From Pseudomonadota bacterium (GTDB lineage: Bacteria > Pseudomonadota > Gammaproteobacteria > Burkholderiales > Burkholderiaceae_C): a stretch of 64,000 bases of DNA. Below, piece by piece: positions 38,691 to 49,005 of this stretch (position 1 is its first letter; every line of letters starts with the position of its first letter). Location: contig JBJOIR010000002.1 in assembly GCA_046047055.1 (NCBI GenBank), forward strand, positions 15,291-79,290, given 5' to 3'. Under the pieces are notes generated by a model. That model worked only from the letters and a program-made list of their open reading frames with translations, did no database searches and was not told where the DNA came from. The position numbers were made by a program, and so were the translations under genes.

Positions 38691-39275
38691 TTAAAGAGGC
38701 TCCTGTTCACCCAACAACTGGGTATCAATTCCATCACACAGACAGTGCAACACCAAGTGTTGCACCTCACGAATGCGTGCCACCCGCTCGTGGGGCACAC
38801 ACACATGCACATCGGTCTCGCGCAATTGACGCGAGAGGGCTCCCCCCTGACGGCCAGTCAGGGCCACCACCGTCATCTCGCGCTCATGGGCCGCTTGGAC
38901 AGCCGAAAGCAGCGCAGGTTCTGCACCATCGGCGCTGATCAAGATCAGCACATCGCCGGTGTGCCCCAAAGCTCTGACTTGGTGGGCCAAGCCCAGGTCC
39001 TCTGACCACAGACTGGCCATCATGGCATCGGCCGACAAGGCCAACGCCGACAAACCGGGCCGCTCACGCTCAAAACCACCCAACAACAAACTGGCCAAAT
39101 ACTGCGCCAAACCGGTCGATGTGCCCAAGCCTGCGGTCAATACTTTGCCGCCGCCCGTGACACACGCCAACACCGCTTGCACAGCCGCATCGACCGGCTT
39201 GGCCAAGCCCTCGGCCACCTGGTAATGCAGGTCGGCGCTGTCGATGAAATGCTGTTGAATACGCAGGTCTAACAT
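38691..39275 (-). CDS. SIS-domain protein (DiaA/GmhA-like)
   Basis: RIQQHFIDSADL, FERERPGL, ARIREVQHLVLHCLCDGID; yraN-SIS-BON synteny. Confidence 0.85.
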   Translation of the reverse strand: MLDLRIQQHFIDSADLHYQVAEGLAKPVDAAVQAVLACVTGGGKVLTAGLGTSTGLAQYLASLLLGGFERERPGLSALALSADAMMASLWSEDLGLAHQVRALGHTGDVLILISADGAEPALLSAVQAAHEREMTVVALTGRQGGALSRQLRETDVHVCVPHERVARIREVQHLVLHCLCDGIDTQLLGEQEPL

Positions 39276-39359
39276 GGCTTGAATGATAACCCCGTCACAT
39301 GACGTTACGCCCCAACAACCCCGCAAGAAAAAGCCAATGGCACACCCGGGCTTTGGGGC

Positions 39360-39746
39360 CTAACTGGCATCAAAGGCCGCCTGCAACCAGCGAAGTCCCG
39401 AAGCCTCCAAGGTCACCACATCAAAGCGGGCGGGTGGCAAACGCCGCCAGCGCAACAAATAGTGCTGCGCCGCAAAGACAATGCGCCGCCGCTTTTGTGC
39501 AGAAACAGAGGCCGCAGCGCCGCCAAAGTCTGTGCGGCTGCGTTTTCTGACCTCGACAAACACCACGGTGCCGTCGTTCATTTGCATGATCAGGTCTATT
39601 TCGCCACCCCCTCGGCCCGGGGTCCGATAATTGCGCTGCAACAAGCGCAGACCTTGCGCCTGTAAATAGGCCAGCGCCTCGTCTTCGCCCGCATCGCCGC
39701 GGGCCTTGGCGGTCTGGCCCACCGTCTCTTTTTTGAGGAATTGCAT
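39360..39746 (-). CDS. yraN: YraN-family (UPF0102) nuclease-like protein
   Basis: RNYR...GEIDLIM..G.VVFVEVR, RFDVV. Confidence 0.9.
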   Translation of the reverse strand: MQFLKKETVGQTAKARGDAGEDEALAYLQAQGLRLLQRNYRTPGRGGGEIDLIMQMNDGTVVFVEVRKRSRTDFGGAAASVSAQKRRRIVFAAQHYLLRWRRLPPARFDVVTLEASGLRWLQAAFDAS

Positions 39747-40672
39747 TGACTCCGTCTCCCTTGTCAGCCTCGTTTGCCAAAGCCCTGGAAGCTGCCGATG
39801 AAGCAGCCGGCTCGCAAAACTACCCGACCCACACACTGTATGTCGTGGCCACACCCATTGGCAACTTGGGCGACATCAGCCTGCGCGCGCTGCATGTGCT
39901 GGGCAAGGTCGATGTGGTGGCCTGCGAAGACACGCGCCACACCCAGCAACTTTTGCGCGCTTACGGCCTTGAGCGACCCGGCGCACAACTGCTGGCGGTG
40001 CACCAGCACAACGAAGCCGAAGCCGCGCAAAGCGTCATCGCTCGCCTGTCAGAAGGTGCCCGCGTGGCCTATGTGAGCGATGCCGGCACTCCGGCGGTGA
40101 GCGATCCCGGTGCGCGTTTGGTGGCCGCCGTGCGGCAAGCGGGTTGGCGCGTGTTGCCCTTGCCCGGCGCAAGCAGCGTCACCACCGCCCTGAGTGCCTC
40201 GGGCATGACGGGTGAGCACGGTTTTGTGTTTGCCGGCTTTTTGCCCAGCAAATCGGGCGAGCGGCAACAAGCGGTGCTGCAACTGGCGCAAGAAAGCCGC
40301 GCAGTGGTGCTGCTGGAAGCGCCGCACCGCATTGAGGCCCTGGCGCAAGCACTGGCCACCTTGGGTGAGAGGCGCGTCACGCTGGGGCGCGAATTGACCA
40401 AACAGTTTGAGCAAATTGAAACCCTGAGCGCCGCGGCACTGCCCGGCTGGTTGGCTGAAAAGCCAGATCGGCAACGTGGTGAGTTTGTGTTGGTGGTGCA
40501 CGATGCCCCGGTGGCCGAAGGGTCGGGCGAAGGGCTGCGTGTGCTGCAATTGTTGTTGCCCGAATTGCCGCTGAAAACCGCCGTCAAATTGGCGGCCGAA
40601 ATTTCAGGCGAATCGAAAAACGACCTGTATGACCAGGCCTTGGCTCTGAAGAAAGCGCCCAAGCCCGAGTGA
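39746..40672 (+). CDS. rsmI: 16S rRNA C1402 2'-O-methyltransferase
   Basis: LYVVATPIGNLGD, CEDTR, VSDAGTPAVSDPG, RELTK.FE. Start uncertain. Confidence 0.95.
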   Translation: MTPSPLSASFAKALEAADEAAGSQNYPTHTLYVVATPIGNLGDISLRALHVLGKVDVVACEDTRHTQQLLRAYGLERPGAQLLAVHQHNEAEAAQSVIARLSEGARVAYVSDAGTPAVSDPGARLVAAVRQAGWRVLPLPGASSVTTALSASGMTGEHGFVFAGFLPSKSGERQQAVLQLAQESRAVVLLEAPHRIEALAQALATLGERRVTLGRELTKQFEQIETLSAAALPGWLAEKPDRQRGEFVLVVHDAPVAEGSGEGLRVLQLLLPELPLKTAVKLAAEISGESKNDLYDQALALKKAPKPE

Positions 40673-40692
40673 TGCTTCAGCGCTGGCCGACT

Positions 40693-40740
40693 GCGTTCTT
40701 CGTTAGCGTACTTCGTTAGCGCTCTTCATTAGCGTTTTTC
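40693..40740. repeat. 13-bp tandem repeat x3.7
   Basis: GCGTTCTTCGTTA / GCGTACTTCGTTA / GCGCTCTTCATTA / GCGTTTTTC between convergent genes. Confidence 0.75.
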
Positions 40741-40761
40741 AGCCGCCTTCCGCTTGCGCAC

Positions 40762-41685
40762 CTAACGCTTGCGCAAGCCCAGCCACATGACCGTGGCCAC
40801 CACCACCAATGCGCCAACCACCTGCACCGGGGCAATCGATTGGCCCAGCAACGCCCATGCCAGCACCAAGGCAAAAACGGGCTCGACATTCATGATGGCC
40901 GAATTGCCCACCACACCCAATTTGGGCAACACGGTGAACATGATGGTGAACGCGGTGCCGTACAAAAACGTCAACGCCCCCAAGCCCCACCAACCCAAAG
41001 GCGCGTTGGGCAAATGCAAACCACTTTGACTGAACGCCACCACCCCCGCCAGCACAGCAACTGTGGACATGGTGGTGAAGGTGCGAAGTCGCCCATCGAC
41101 CTCGGCCGCTTCGTGTTGCGTGATCACCAGGGCCAGCCCAAAGGTGGTGGACGCCGCCAACGCAAAGGCCACACCCACGCCAATTTGCCCCCAATGCTGC
41201 GCCGCGCCCAAACCCGATGCAGCACCCAACACGTCCAACGCCAAAGCCAAGCCCAACAACAACACCGGCATGGCCCACAACACCGCCCGCTCAGGGCGAT
41301 GCCCGTACAGCAAACGCGCCCACAAGGCGGTCGTCAAGGGGTAAGTGTTGAAACCCAACAAAGCCAAAGCCACCGGCAAACGCGCCACCGACGAGTAAAG
41401 ACACACGCTTTGCACCGCGATCAAGGCGCCAATCACGAGCAGATTTTTTTGCTGCCGTCCGGACAACTTGAAAGACACTTTTTGTTGCCAAAGAATCAAG
41501 GCCACCACCACGGCTGTGACGGCGCTGCGAAACACCACCGCCGTCACCACATCCACGCCGTGGTTAAAAGCGGTGCGAGCCGCCACGTGGTTGGCGCCCA
41601 TCATCAAGGCGATCAACAACAAAATGAAAAAGCCGGTCAGACTCAATCGCTGCACAGTCGCCTTGGCATCGGATGAAGAGGTCAT
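40762..41685 (-). CDS. EamA/DMT-family transporter
   Basis: About 10 hydrophobic helices, two repeats, NVEPVFAL. Confidence 0.85.
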   Translation of the reverse strand: MTSSSDAKATVQRLSLTGFFILLLIALMMGANHVAARTAFNHGVDVVTAVVFRSAVTAVVVALILWQQKVSFKLSGRQQKNLLVIGALIAVQSVCLYSSVARLPVALALLGFNTYPLTTALWARLLYGHRPERAVLWAMPVLLLGLALALDVLGAASGLGAAQHWGQIGVGVAFALAASTTFGLALVITQHEAAEVDGRLRTFTTMSTVAVLAGVVAFSQSGLHLPNAPLGWWGLGALTFLYGTAFTIMFTVLPKLGVVGNSAIMNVEPVFALVLAWALLGQSIAPVQVVGALVVVATVMWLGLRKR

Positions 41686-41696
41686 GGGTTCAGGTT

Positions 41697-42761
41697 TCAG
41701 GGGTGGGGCGTGGCGCCATAAAGTCCCAAGCCCTGCGCATGCAAGCGGCTCAAGCCCAGCAAGACATCGGTCAGTGGGGTGGGCACTTGGGTGAGTTGCC
41801 CCAACTCGCGCACCGCGCTGACCAAGGCATCGAGTTCGACCGGTTTGCCCGACGTCACGTCTTGCAACATGGAGGTGCGAAACGCCCCCAGTTTGCGGGT
41901 GACGGCATGGCGGTCTTCGGGCTCTTGCGCGATCTCGATGCCCATCTTGGCACCAATGGACTTGGCCTCAAGCATGACGCCCGAGATGAAGTCGCGGACC
42001 AAGGGGTCGTCCAAAATGCGGTCGGTGGTGGCCCCGGTCATCGCGCTGATGGGGTTAACCGTCATGTTGCCCCAGAGCTTGTACCAAATGTCTTTTTGAA
42101 TTTGTGCCGACACGGTGGCATTGAAGCCCGCTTGGCGCAACAGCGCATGCAAAGCTTGCACACGCGGGGTCAACGCCCCCGAAGGTTCGCCCACAATCAG
42201 GCCATCGCCAAAGTGGTGGCGCACCACGCCGGGCGCATCGGTCGAGCAACTGGCGTGCACCACACACCCCACGATGTGCGCGGCCGGCAGAGCTTGGGCA
42301 ATCTCGCCGCCAGGATCGACCGCATGGAGTGCGCGGCCAGCCACAGGCCCGCCAAACCCCTGCAAAAACCACCAAGGCACCCCATTCATGGCGGTCAGCA
42401 CCACGGTGTGAGGTCCCAGCAATGGTTGCACCTGCTGGGCCACCGCCCCCAACGCAGGCGCCTTGACGGAGATGATCACCAAGTCTTGTTCGCCCAGCTC
42501 TGCGGCATCGCTGACCGCTTGCACCGGCACCTGTAAGCACTGCCCACCTTGCTGCAACTGCAGGCCATTTTTTTTCAATGCAGCCAGCGTTTCGCCCCGC
42601 GCCAGCACCCCCAACTTCGGGGCCAGCGTTTCACCGGTGCCAGTCTGATCATTGTTGCCGTTGTTGGCCTTTGCAACGGCTTGGGCCACATGCGCGCCCA
42701 TCCAGCCGCCAATGGCGCCGGCGCCCACGATGGTGATTTTTTTGAATGGCAGCTCGCTCAT
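41697..42761 (-). CDS. 2-dehydropantoate 2-reductase family protein
   Basis: GAGAIGG, VKA, MNGVPWWF, WYKLWGN, TSMLQD. Confidence 0.88.
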   Translation of the reverse strand: MSELPFKKITIVGAGAIGGWMGAHVAQAVAKANNGNNDQTGTGETLAPKLGVLARGETLAALKKNGLQLQQGGQCLQVPVQAVSDAAELGEQDLVIISVKAPALGAVAQQVQPLLGPHTVVLTAMNGVPWWFLQGFGGPVAGRALHAVDPGGEIAQALPAAHIVGCVVHASCSTDAPGVVRHHFGDGLIVGEPSGALTPRVQALHALLRQAGFNATVSAQIQKDIWYKLWGNMTVNPISAMTGATTDRILDDPLVRDFISGVMLEAKSIGAKMGIEIAQEPEDRHAVTRKLGAFRTSMLQDVTSGKPVELDALVSAVRELGQLTQVPTPLTDVLLGLSRLHAQGLGLYGATPHP

Positions 42762-43546
42762 GCGCGCCACCCGGTGTCTTGTCGGTCCATCTGCCGCACC
42801 AAGGCTTCAAACACATCTTGGCCTGCGCCATGGTGGGGGTTGAATTGCAGCGCATCACGCGTGCACTTGGCTGCCACCGCAGCGGGCACGGGCAGGGGCG
42901 CGCCCATGCTGAGGGTGGCCAACTGGATTTCGCAGGCACGCTGCAGGGTCCACAAAATGGCAAAGGTTTGCGGCAAGGTTTGGCCCCAAGACAGCAAGCC
43001 GTGGTTGCGCAAAATCACCGCAGGTTTTTGGCCGACACTTTGCAAGACACGCGGCCCCTCCCCTGCATGAATGGTGATGCCCTCAAAGTCATGGTAGGCC
43101 ACCATGTCGTGTAACTGGGCCGAGTAAAAGTTGCTTTGCGACAACCCTTCCGGCAAACACGCCACAGCCACGCCAGCGGTGGTGTGGGTGTGCATCACGC
43201 AGTGCGCCCCATCAATGCCGCCATGCAAGGTGGCGTGCACCACAAACCCTGCTGGATTGACCTTGTAGGGCGAGCCGTCCAACACCTCACCTTGCAAATT
43301 GATTTTGACCAAATTGCTGGCCGTGACTTCGCTGTAATGCAAGCCAAAGGGGTTGATCAAAAAATGTTTTTCGCCCCCCGTGACGCTGTCAGGCAAGCGC
43401 AACGTGATGTGGTTGTAGATCATCTCGGTCCAGCCGAGCATGGCAAACACGCGGTAGCAGGCGGCCAACTGCAAACGGGCCTGCCACTCGTCGGGGTGGA
43501 CACGCGCCTGCAATGAGGGCACCACGGGTTGGGGCGTTGGAAACAT
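42758..43546 (-). CDS. Class II aldolase/adducin-family protein
   Basis: IYNHIT, LINPFGL, CVMHTHT, LRNHG. Confidence 0.9.
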   Translation of the reverse strand: MFPTPQPVVPSLQARVHPDEWQARLQLAACYRVFAMLGWTEMIYNHITLRLPDSVTGGEKHFLINPFGLHYSEVTASNLVKINLQGEVLDGSPYKVNPAGFVVHATLHGGIDGAHCVMHTHTTAGVAVACLPEGLSQSNFYSAQLHDMVAYHDFEGITIHAGEGPRVLQSVGQKPAVILRNHGLLSWGQTLPQTFAILWTLQRACEIQLATLSMGAPLPVPAAVAAKCTRDALQFNPHHGAGQDVFEALVRQMDRQDTGWRA

Positions 43547-43569
43547 GGGCAACTCCAGTCGTTGTGCTG

Positions 43570-44391
43570 TCAGTAAGTGGCGCCGCGCGAAGTGGCGTTG
43601 TCGGCGACGTTGGCATGGGCTTTGAAGTGCGCCGCCAACTCGGTGGTCTGTCGCATCAAGATTTGAGTGTCTAGACCGACCGCGACAAAGACCGCGCCCA
43701 TCGCCAAATACTGTGCGGCCAAAGCGCGGTCGGGGGTGAGGATGCCGGGGGCTTTGCCCGCTTGCAAGATGCGGGCGATGGCATCGGCGATCGCAGCTTG
43801 CACTTGGGGGTGCGCGGCATTGCCCACATGGCCCATGGAAGCCGACAAGTCAGCGGGGCCAATGAAGACACCGTCCACGCCGGGCGTCGCGGCAATGGCG
43901 TCGAGGTTTTGCAGCCCCGCCAGCGATTCAACTTGCACGATGAGGCACACCTCTTCGTTGGCACGCTTGAAGTAATCGGGGTAATGCCCCCAACGCGAAG
44001 CACGCGCACCCGCCATGCCGCGGATGCCGCCCAAGCCATCGTCTTGCGGATAAAGCATGGCCTGCACCAGTTGTGCCGCTTGCGCCGCCGTGTCGACCAT
44101 GGGCACCAGAATGTTTTGCGCACCCAAGTCCAGGTACTGTTTGATGAGCGCGGTCTCGCCCACCGGCACACGCGCGACCGGATGACTGACCGGATAAGCG
44201 GCGAGGGTTTGCAACTGCGCTTGGATGCTGCGCAGGTCGTTCGGTGCATGTTCGCCATCGATCACCAACCAGTCGAATCCAGCCAAGGCACAGATCTCGG
44301 CGGTGTACGCACTGGCCAAGCCCATCCACAACCCGATTTGAGGACGGCGCTCGCGAAGGGCTTGCTTGAAAGTGTTCACGGGTGTCAGCAT
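43570..44391 (-). CDS. hpaI: 4-hydroxy-2-oxoheptanedioate aldolase
   Basis: FDWLVIDGEHAPND, IKQYLDLGAQ, VFIGPADLSASMG. Confidence 0.9.
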   Translation of the reverse strand: MLTPVNTFKQALRERRPQIGLWMGLASAYTAEICALAGFDWLVIDGEHAPNDLRSIQAQLQTLAAYPVSHPVARVPVGETALIKQYLDLGAQNILVPMVDTAAQAAQLVQAMLYPQDDGLGGIRGMAGARASRWGHYPDYFKRANEEVCLIVQVESLAGLQNLDAIAATPGVDGVFIGPADLSASMGHVGNAAHPQVQAAIADAIARILQAGKAPGILTPDRALAAQYLAMGAVFVAVGLDTQILMRQTTELAAHFKAHANVADNATSRGATY

Positions 44392-44544
44392 GGTGTGGGG
44401 TCCTGTGTGAATGCGCCACGGCCTGTCATGGCCGGATGAGCGAATTGGGCGATGTGGCAAAGCGCAGCGCCTCTGATCCCATGCCGCCAAACCGGCCGCA
44501 ACAGGCACCTGCCCACTCTGCTAACTCTGACTAAAGAAAAGACA

Positions 44545-45366
44545 TCAAACAAATCGAAACTCCAGTTTGCCCAAGGGCCCGTAATCTGCGTCGAAGACGT
44601 CGCCCACCTTGGCGGGCGCAGGCTTGGTGAATGAGCCGGCCAGCACGATTTCGCCGGCTTGCAAATGCTCACCCCACGGCGCGAGTTTGTTGGCCAGCCA
44701 AGCGATGCCAACCGCTGGATGTCCTTGCACACCGGCTGCCAAACCGGTTTCTTCAACCACGCCGTTTTGGCGCAATATCGCACCGCACCATGGCAGGTCG
44801 GTGGTCAAGGGGTCCACCTGTTTAGCCCCCAACACAATGCCTGCGTTGGCGGCGTTGTCGCTGATGGTGTCGTAGACCTTGCGCATGACTTGGGTGTGGC
44901 GGTCAAATTGCTCAATGCGCGCGTCAATGATCTCGATCGCGGGGGTCACATAGGCCGTGGCTGCCAACACCTCTGCCACGGTGACATTGGGGCCTCGCAG
45001 TTCTTTTTTGAGGATGAAGGCCAACTCCACTTCGACACGAGGCGCGATGAAATGGCTGTGCGGGATGTCCAACACTTGGCCCGGCGTGCAGGTGTAGAGC
45101 ATGTCGTCGAGCAAAGTGCCGTAATCGGGCTCGTCGATTTGGCTTGAGACCTGCATCGCGCGGCTGGTGAGGCCAATTTTGTGGCCGATCATTTTTCGGC
45201 CTTCGGCCAACTTGATCTGCATCCAAGCTCGGTTGATGCGGTAACCGTCTTCGATCGTCATGCCTGCAAAACGCTTGGAGAAGTGCTCGATCTGCGTGCG
45301 CGATTTTTCGGACTGGTTCAGCTCGTGTGCCAGCTGTTGAATCTGCTCTTCTGAAAACACCGACAT
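44545..45366 (-). CDS. hpaH: 2-oxo-hept-3-ene-1,7-dioate hydratase
   Basis: [32 protein letters not shown]. Confidence 0.92.
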   Translation of the reverse strand: MSVFSEEQIQQLAHELNQSEKSRTQIEHFSKRFAGMTIEDGYRINRAWMQIKLAEGRKMIGHKIGLTSRAMQVSSQIDEPDYGTLLDDMLYTCTPGQVLDIPHSHFIAPRVEVELAFILKKELRGPNVTVAEVLAATAYVTPAIEIIDARIEQFDRHTQVMRKVYDTISDNAANAGIVLGAKQVDPLTTDLPWCGAILRQNGVVEETGLAAGVQGHPAVGIAWLANKLAPWGEHLQAGEIVLAGSFTKPAPAKVGDVFDADYGPLGKLEFRFV

Positions 45367-45369
45367 GGT

Positions 45370-45801
45370 TCAGGCCTTGTTGAATAGGGGATGCAGGTTG
45401 CTGTGCTTGGCGTCAAACACTTCGGGGCCCACATCGATTTGCAGCGTGATGCCGATGTGGCGCTGCGCCATGACCGGCGCAATGAACGCCTTGGCCACTT
45501 CCAGCAAGTTCTGGCCAGCCCGCTGCTGCATGGCCTCGCTGCGGCCGCGGCCCATGCGCAGGTTCAGGTAAACAAAAGCGTAATCGCCCGTCCCGCCAGC
45601 GGCTTGTCCGGCTGCGCCGCCATCGGCCACGGCGTAATGCGGCGCGGGGTAGGCCAGCACACGGGTGCCACCGGTTGGAAACACGGCTTGGCCCGCCTCG
45701 TCTTTCACGCCGAGCATGGCATCGGCCAGTTGGCGACACAGCGTGGTCATGTTGACCTCGTGGTCCAGTTGGCCGGTATAGAGAATCACAAGATGCGGCA
45801 T
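45370..45801 (-). CDS. hpaF: 5-carboxymethyl-2-hydroxymuconate isomerase
   Basis: N-terminal (M)PH catalytic Pro, FPTGGTR, MGRGRS; operon context. Confidence 0.85.
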   Translation of the reverse strand: MPHLVILYTGQLDHEVNMTTLCRQLADAMLGVKDEAGQAVFPTGGTRVLAYPAPHYAVADGGAAGQAAGGTGDYAFVYLNLRMGRGRSEAMQQRAGQNLLEVAKAFIAPVMAQRHIGITLQIDVGPEVFDAKHSNLHPLFNKA

Positions 45802-45815
45802 AGGGCCCTCACACT

Positions 45816-46742
45816 TTACAAACGGGTGCTGATGGCGGTGTAGCCCTCAGCTTGGCTGGCCACCGGACCGGGCACTTGCGACCCGTCTTGCGCGGTCACT
45901 TCAAAAATGGCATTGAGCTGGCCCGTGCCACTGGCGCCAAAGTACGGGGTGACCATGTCGACGGCACCGTCGTAGCCGGTCCAGCCCAAGGCGCCCAACA
46001 GCATCGCAGTGTCGTGCATGAAGCCTTCACCGTGGCCTTTGCTGGCGTATTCGGGCAGCATCTCGCAAAAGGCTTTCCATTCGCGGTTCGCCCACATCTG
46101 CAGCACCTGTTTGTCGAGTTGCTCTAGGAAGGGACTCCAAATTTTGTGGGCAAATTCGGGGGCCAAACCGTTTTGCGCAAAGCGGTGGCTGAGCGAGCCA
46201 CTGGCCAAAAACGCCACCTTGCCGTCGTAATGTTTTTCGACCGCCTCGCGCATGGCCCAACCCAAGCGTGCGCTGTCGTTCAGGTAATGCACCATGCACA
46301 GCGCCGAGACCGAGACCACCTTGAAGTGCTGGTCTTCGTTCATGTAGCGCAGGGGCACCAAGGTGCCGTACTCGGGGTCCAGCGTGGTGTTGTCGTGCGC
46401 CAAGGTTTCGACACCGTGCGCGTTGGCCACTTTGGCCAGCAGGTGGCCCAGCGCGGGGTTGCCCGGTGACTCAAACGCCATGTGGTTGATGAAGTGCGGC
46501 AGTTCGTTGCTGGTGTAGCTGCCCTTGAAGTGCGGCGCGCAGTTGATGTGGTAATTCGCGTTGACCAGCCAATGCGTGTCAAACACCACCAGCGTGTCCA
46601 CGCCCAGCGCGCGGCAGCGGCGGCTGATTTCTTTGTGGCCGTCGATGGCGCTTTGCCGAGTGCCAAAACGCGGCCCCGGAATTTCGCTCAGGTACATGCT
46701 GGGCACATGGGTGATTTTGGCCGCGAGGGCAAGTTGTCCCAT
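45816..46742 (-). CDS. hpaD: 3,4-dihydroxyphenylacetate 2,3-dioxygenase
   Basis: AAKITHVPSMYLSE, FDTHWLVN, EYGTLVP, SGSLSH. Confidence 0.95.
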   Translation of the reverse strand: MGQLALAAKITHVPSMYLSEIPGPRFGTRQSAIDGHKEISRRCRALGVDTLVVFDTHWLVNANYHINCAPHFKGSYTSNELPHFINHMAFESPGNPALGHLLAKVANAHGVETLAHDNTTLDPEYGTLVPLRYMNEDQHFKVVSVSALCMVHYLNDSARLGWAMREAVEKHYDGKVAFLASGSLSHRFAQNGLAPEFAHKIWSPFLEQLDKQVLQMWANREWKAFCEMLPEYASKGHGEGFMHDTAMLLGALGWTGYDGAVDMVTPYFGASGTGQLNAIFEVTAQDGSQVPGPVASQAEGYTAISTRL

Positions 46743-46744
46743 GC

Positions 46745-48244
46745 TCAAACTCCCCAATGCGGAATATGGTGGCTGCCCATGCTGACGGCCACGTTTTTGG
46801 GCTCACAAAAGACTTCGTAACTCCAGGTGCCGCCCTCTCGGCCAGTGCCACTGGCCTTGGTGCCACCAAAGGGCTGTCGCAAGTCGCGCACATTTTGGCT
46901 GTTCACAAAACACATGCCCGCCTCTACCGCTGCAGCCACCCGGTGAGCTCGGCCAATGTTTTCGGTCCAGACATAGCTGGACAAGCCGTATTCGATGTCG
47001 TTGGCTTTTTCGATGGCATCGACCTCGTCTTTGAATGGGATGAGGCAAGCCACCGGACCAAAGATTTCTTCTTGCGCAATGCGCATGCGGTTGTCGACAT
47101 CGGCAAAAACGGTGGGCCAGACAAAGTTGCCTTTTTGCAGGTGCGCTGGCAAATCGGCGACGTAGCCCGGTTGCCCCAAGCCGCCACACAACAAGGTTGC
47201 GCCCTCTTGGGGTCCGAGTTCGATGTAGCTGCGCACTTTGGCCAAATGGGCGGGGCTGATCATCGGACCGATGGTGGTTTTTTCGTCGAGCGGGTCGCCC
47301 ACCACGATGCGCTTGGCGCGCTCAGCAAACTTGCTGGCAAAGTCGGCGTAAATGCTTTGCTGCACCAAGATGCGGCTGCCTGCGGTGCAACGCTCACCGT
47401 TGTTGCTGAAGATCATGAAGAGCGCAGCGTCCAATGCGCGGTCCAAATCGGCGTCTTCAAAAATCACAAACGGACTTTTGCCACCCAACTCCATGCTGAA
47501 CTTTTTAAGGCCTGCGCTTTGCACAATGCGGTTGCCTGTGACGGTAGAGCCCGTGAACGAAATGGCGCGAACATCGCGGTGAGAGACCAAGGGCTCGCCC
47601 GCTTCTTTGCCGAAGCCGTGCACGATGTTGAGCACGCCTGCGGGCACACCCGCTTCCAGCGCCAACTCGCCCAAACGGGCAGCGGTCATGGGCGACAACT
47701 CGCTCATCTTGAGCACCGCAGTGTTGCCAAAGGCCAGGCACGGCGCGACCTTCCAAGTGGCTGTCATGAAGGGCACGTTCCACGGGCTGATCAAGGCACA
47801 CACGCCCACGGGGTGAAACAAGGTGTAGTTCAGGTGCGTGGGCGTGGGGTAGGTGTGGCCGTCCACACGGGTGCACATTTCGGCAAAGTAATGAAAGTTG
47901 TCGGCCGCCCGCGGCACCAATTGCTTGCCGGTCTGGCTGATCGTTTGGCCGCAGTCGCGGGTTTCGGTTTGGGCAATTTCGGGCACGTGTTGGGTGATCA
48001 GATCGCCCAATTTGCGCATGATTTTGGCGCGCTCAGTGGCAGGTGTCGCTGCCCATTTGGGAAAGGCTGCGTGGGCTGCAGCCACAGCGGCATTGACTTC
48101 GGCTTCGCCACCCGAAGCCACTTCGGCCAACACCTCTTGAGTGGCAGGGTTGACGGTTTCAAAGTACTGCTGGCCAGCGACACTGTGCCCGTTGATGAGG
48201 TGGTTGATTTTCATGGTCATGTCGGTGCTTTTGGAAAGGCTCAT
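46745..48244 (-). CDS. hpaE: 5-carboxymethyl-2-hydroxymuconate semialdehyde dehydrogenase
   Basis: PWNVPFM, MELGGKSP, NGERCTAGSR, QNVRDLRQPFGG. Confidence 0.95.
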   Translation of the reverse strand: MSLSKSTDMTMKINHLINGHSVAGQQYFETVNPATQEVLAEVASGGEAEVNAAVAAAHAAFPKWAATPATERAKIMRKLGDLITQHVPEIAQTETRDCGQTISQTGKQLVPRAADNFHYFAEMCTRVDGHTYPTPTHLNYTLFHPVGVCALISPWNVPFMTATWKVAPCLAFGNTAVLKMSELSPMTAARLGELALEAGVPAGVLNIVHGFGKEAGEPLVSHRDVRAISFTGSTVTGNRIVQSAGLKKFSMELGGKSPFVIFEDADLDRALDAALFMIFSNNGERCTAGSRILVQQSIYADFASKFAERAKRIVVGDPLDEKTTIGPMISPAHLAKVRSYIELGPQEGATLLCGGLGQPGYVADLPAHLQKGNFVWPTVFADVDNRMRIAQEEIFGPVACLIPFKDEVDAIEKANDIEYGLSSYVWTENIGRAHRVAAAVEAGMCFVNSQNVRDLRQPFGGTKASGTGREGGTWSYEVFCEPKNVAVSMGSHHIPHWGV

Positions 48245-49005
48245 GCGGGGACAAGGGTGTTGGTGAGTGCGCCAAGGCCTTCGATCTCGGTCACCACCAC
48301 ATCGCCGGGGTTCACGTTGACGATGCCATCGGGCGTGCCGGTCAGGATCACATCGCCCGGATTGAGCGTCATGAAGCTGCTGAAGTATTCGATCAGGGTG
48401 GGCACATCAAACACCATGTCGGCGGTGGTGCCGCGTTGCGTCACCTTGCCGTTGACCGTAGTTTGCAGTTGAAGTGCCATCGGGTTGGGCACATCGACCG
48501 CGTCCACCAACCAAGGTCCAATGGGGGTGCAGGTGTCTCTGTTTTTCACGCGCAGGTTGGGGCGGTACCAGTTCTCAAGGTAGTCGCGAATCGCATAATC
48601 GTTGGCCACGCTGTAGCCTGCAATGTGGTCATACGCATCGGCCTTTTTCACGCGGCGCGAGGTTCGCCCAATCACCACGGCCAACTCGCACTCGTAGTGC
48701 ATGTAGGCCGCGTTGGCCGGCCGGTGGGTGAGTGCGCGATGCCCTATCAGTGCGGCTTCGCCTTTGACAAAAGCCAAGGGTTCTTCGGGCGCTTTGAAGG
48801 CCAGCTCTTTGGCATGGTCGGCATAGTTGAGGCCCAAGGCGATGACGGTGCGCGCTTGGGGCACGGGCGCCAACGGCGGCAACCAAACCACCTCGTCAAA
48901 GCTGACCCGATGGCCGGCATGTGGCCCTTGCACAATGCGCAACTGGCCATCTGATTCAACCGCGCTTTGGACAGCGCCAGCCCAAGCAATGCGTGCGTGT
49001 TTCAT
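48241..49005 (-). CDS. hpaG2: HpaG isomerase/decarboxylase, C-terminal subunit
   Basis: ALGLNYADH, MHYECEL, NDYAIRDYLENWYRPNLRVK. Confidence 0.9.
   Translation of the reverse strand: MKHARIAWAGAVQSAVESDGQLRIVQGPHAGHRVSFDEVVWLPPLAPVPQARTVIALGLNYADHAKELAFKAPEEPLAFVKGEAALIGHRALTHRPANAAYMHYECELAVVIGRTSRRVKKADAYDHIAGYSVANDYAIRDYLENWYRPNLRVKNRDTCTPIGPWLVDAVDVPNPMALQLQTTVNGKVTQRGTTADMVFDVPTLIEYFSSFMTLNPGDVILTGTPDGIVNVNPGDVVVTEIEGLGALTNTLVPA

Noticed and set aside
46757-48472. 571-aa plus-strand ORF (likewise 30206-31729, 27951-29300 and 3786-4958)
   Set aside because: Antisense shadows of hpaE, glcD, purU and sbp, expected in GC-rich coding DNA; no recognisable motifs.
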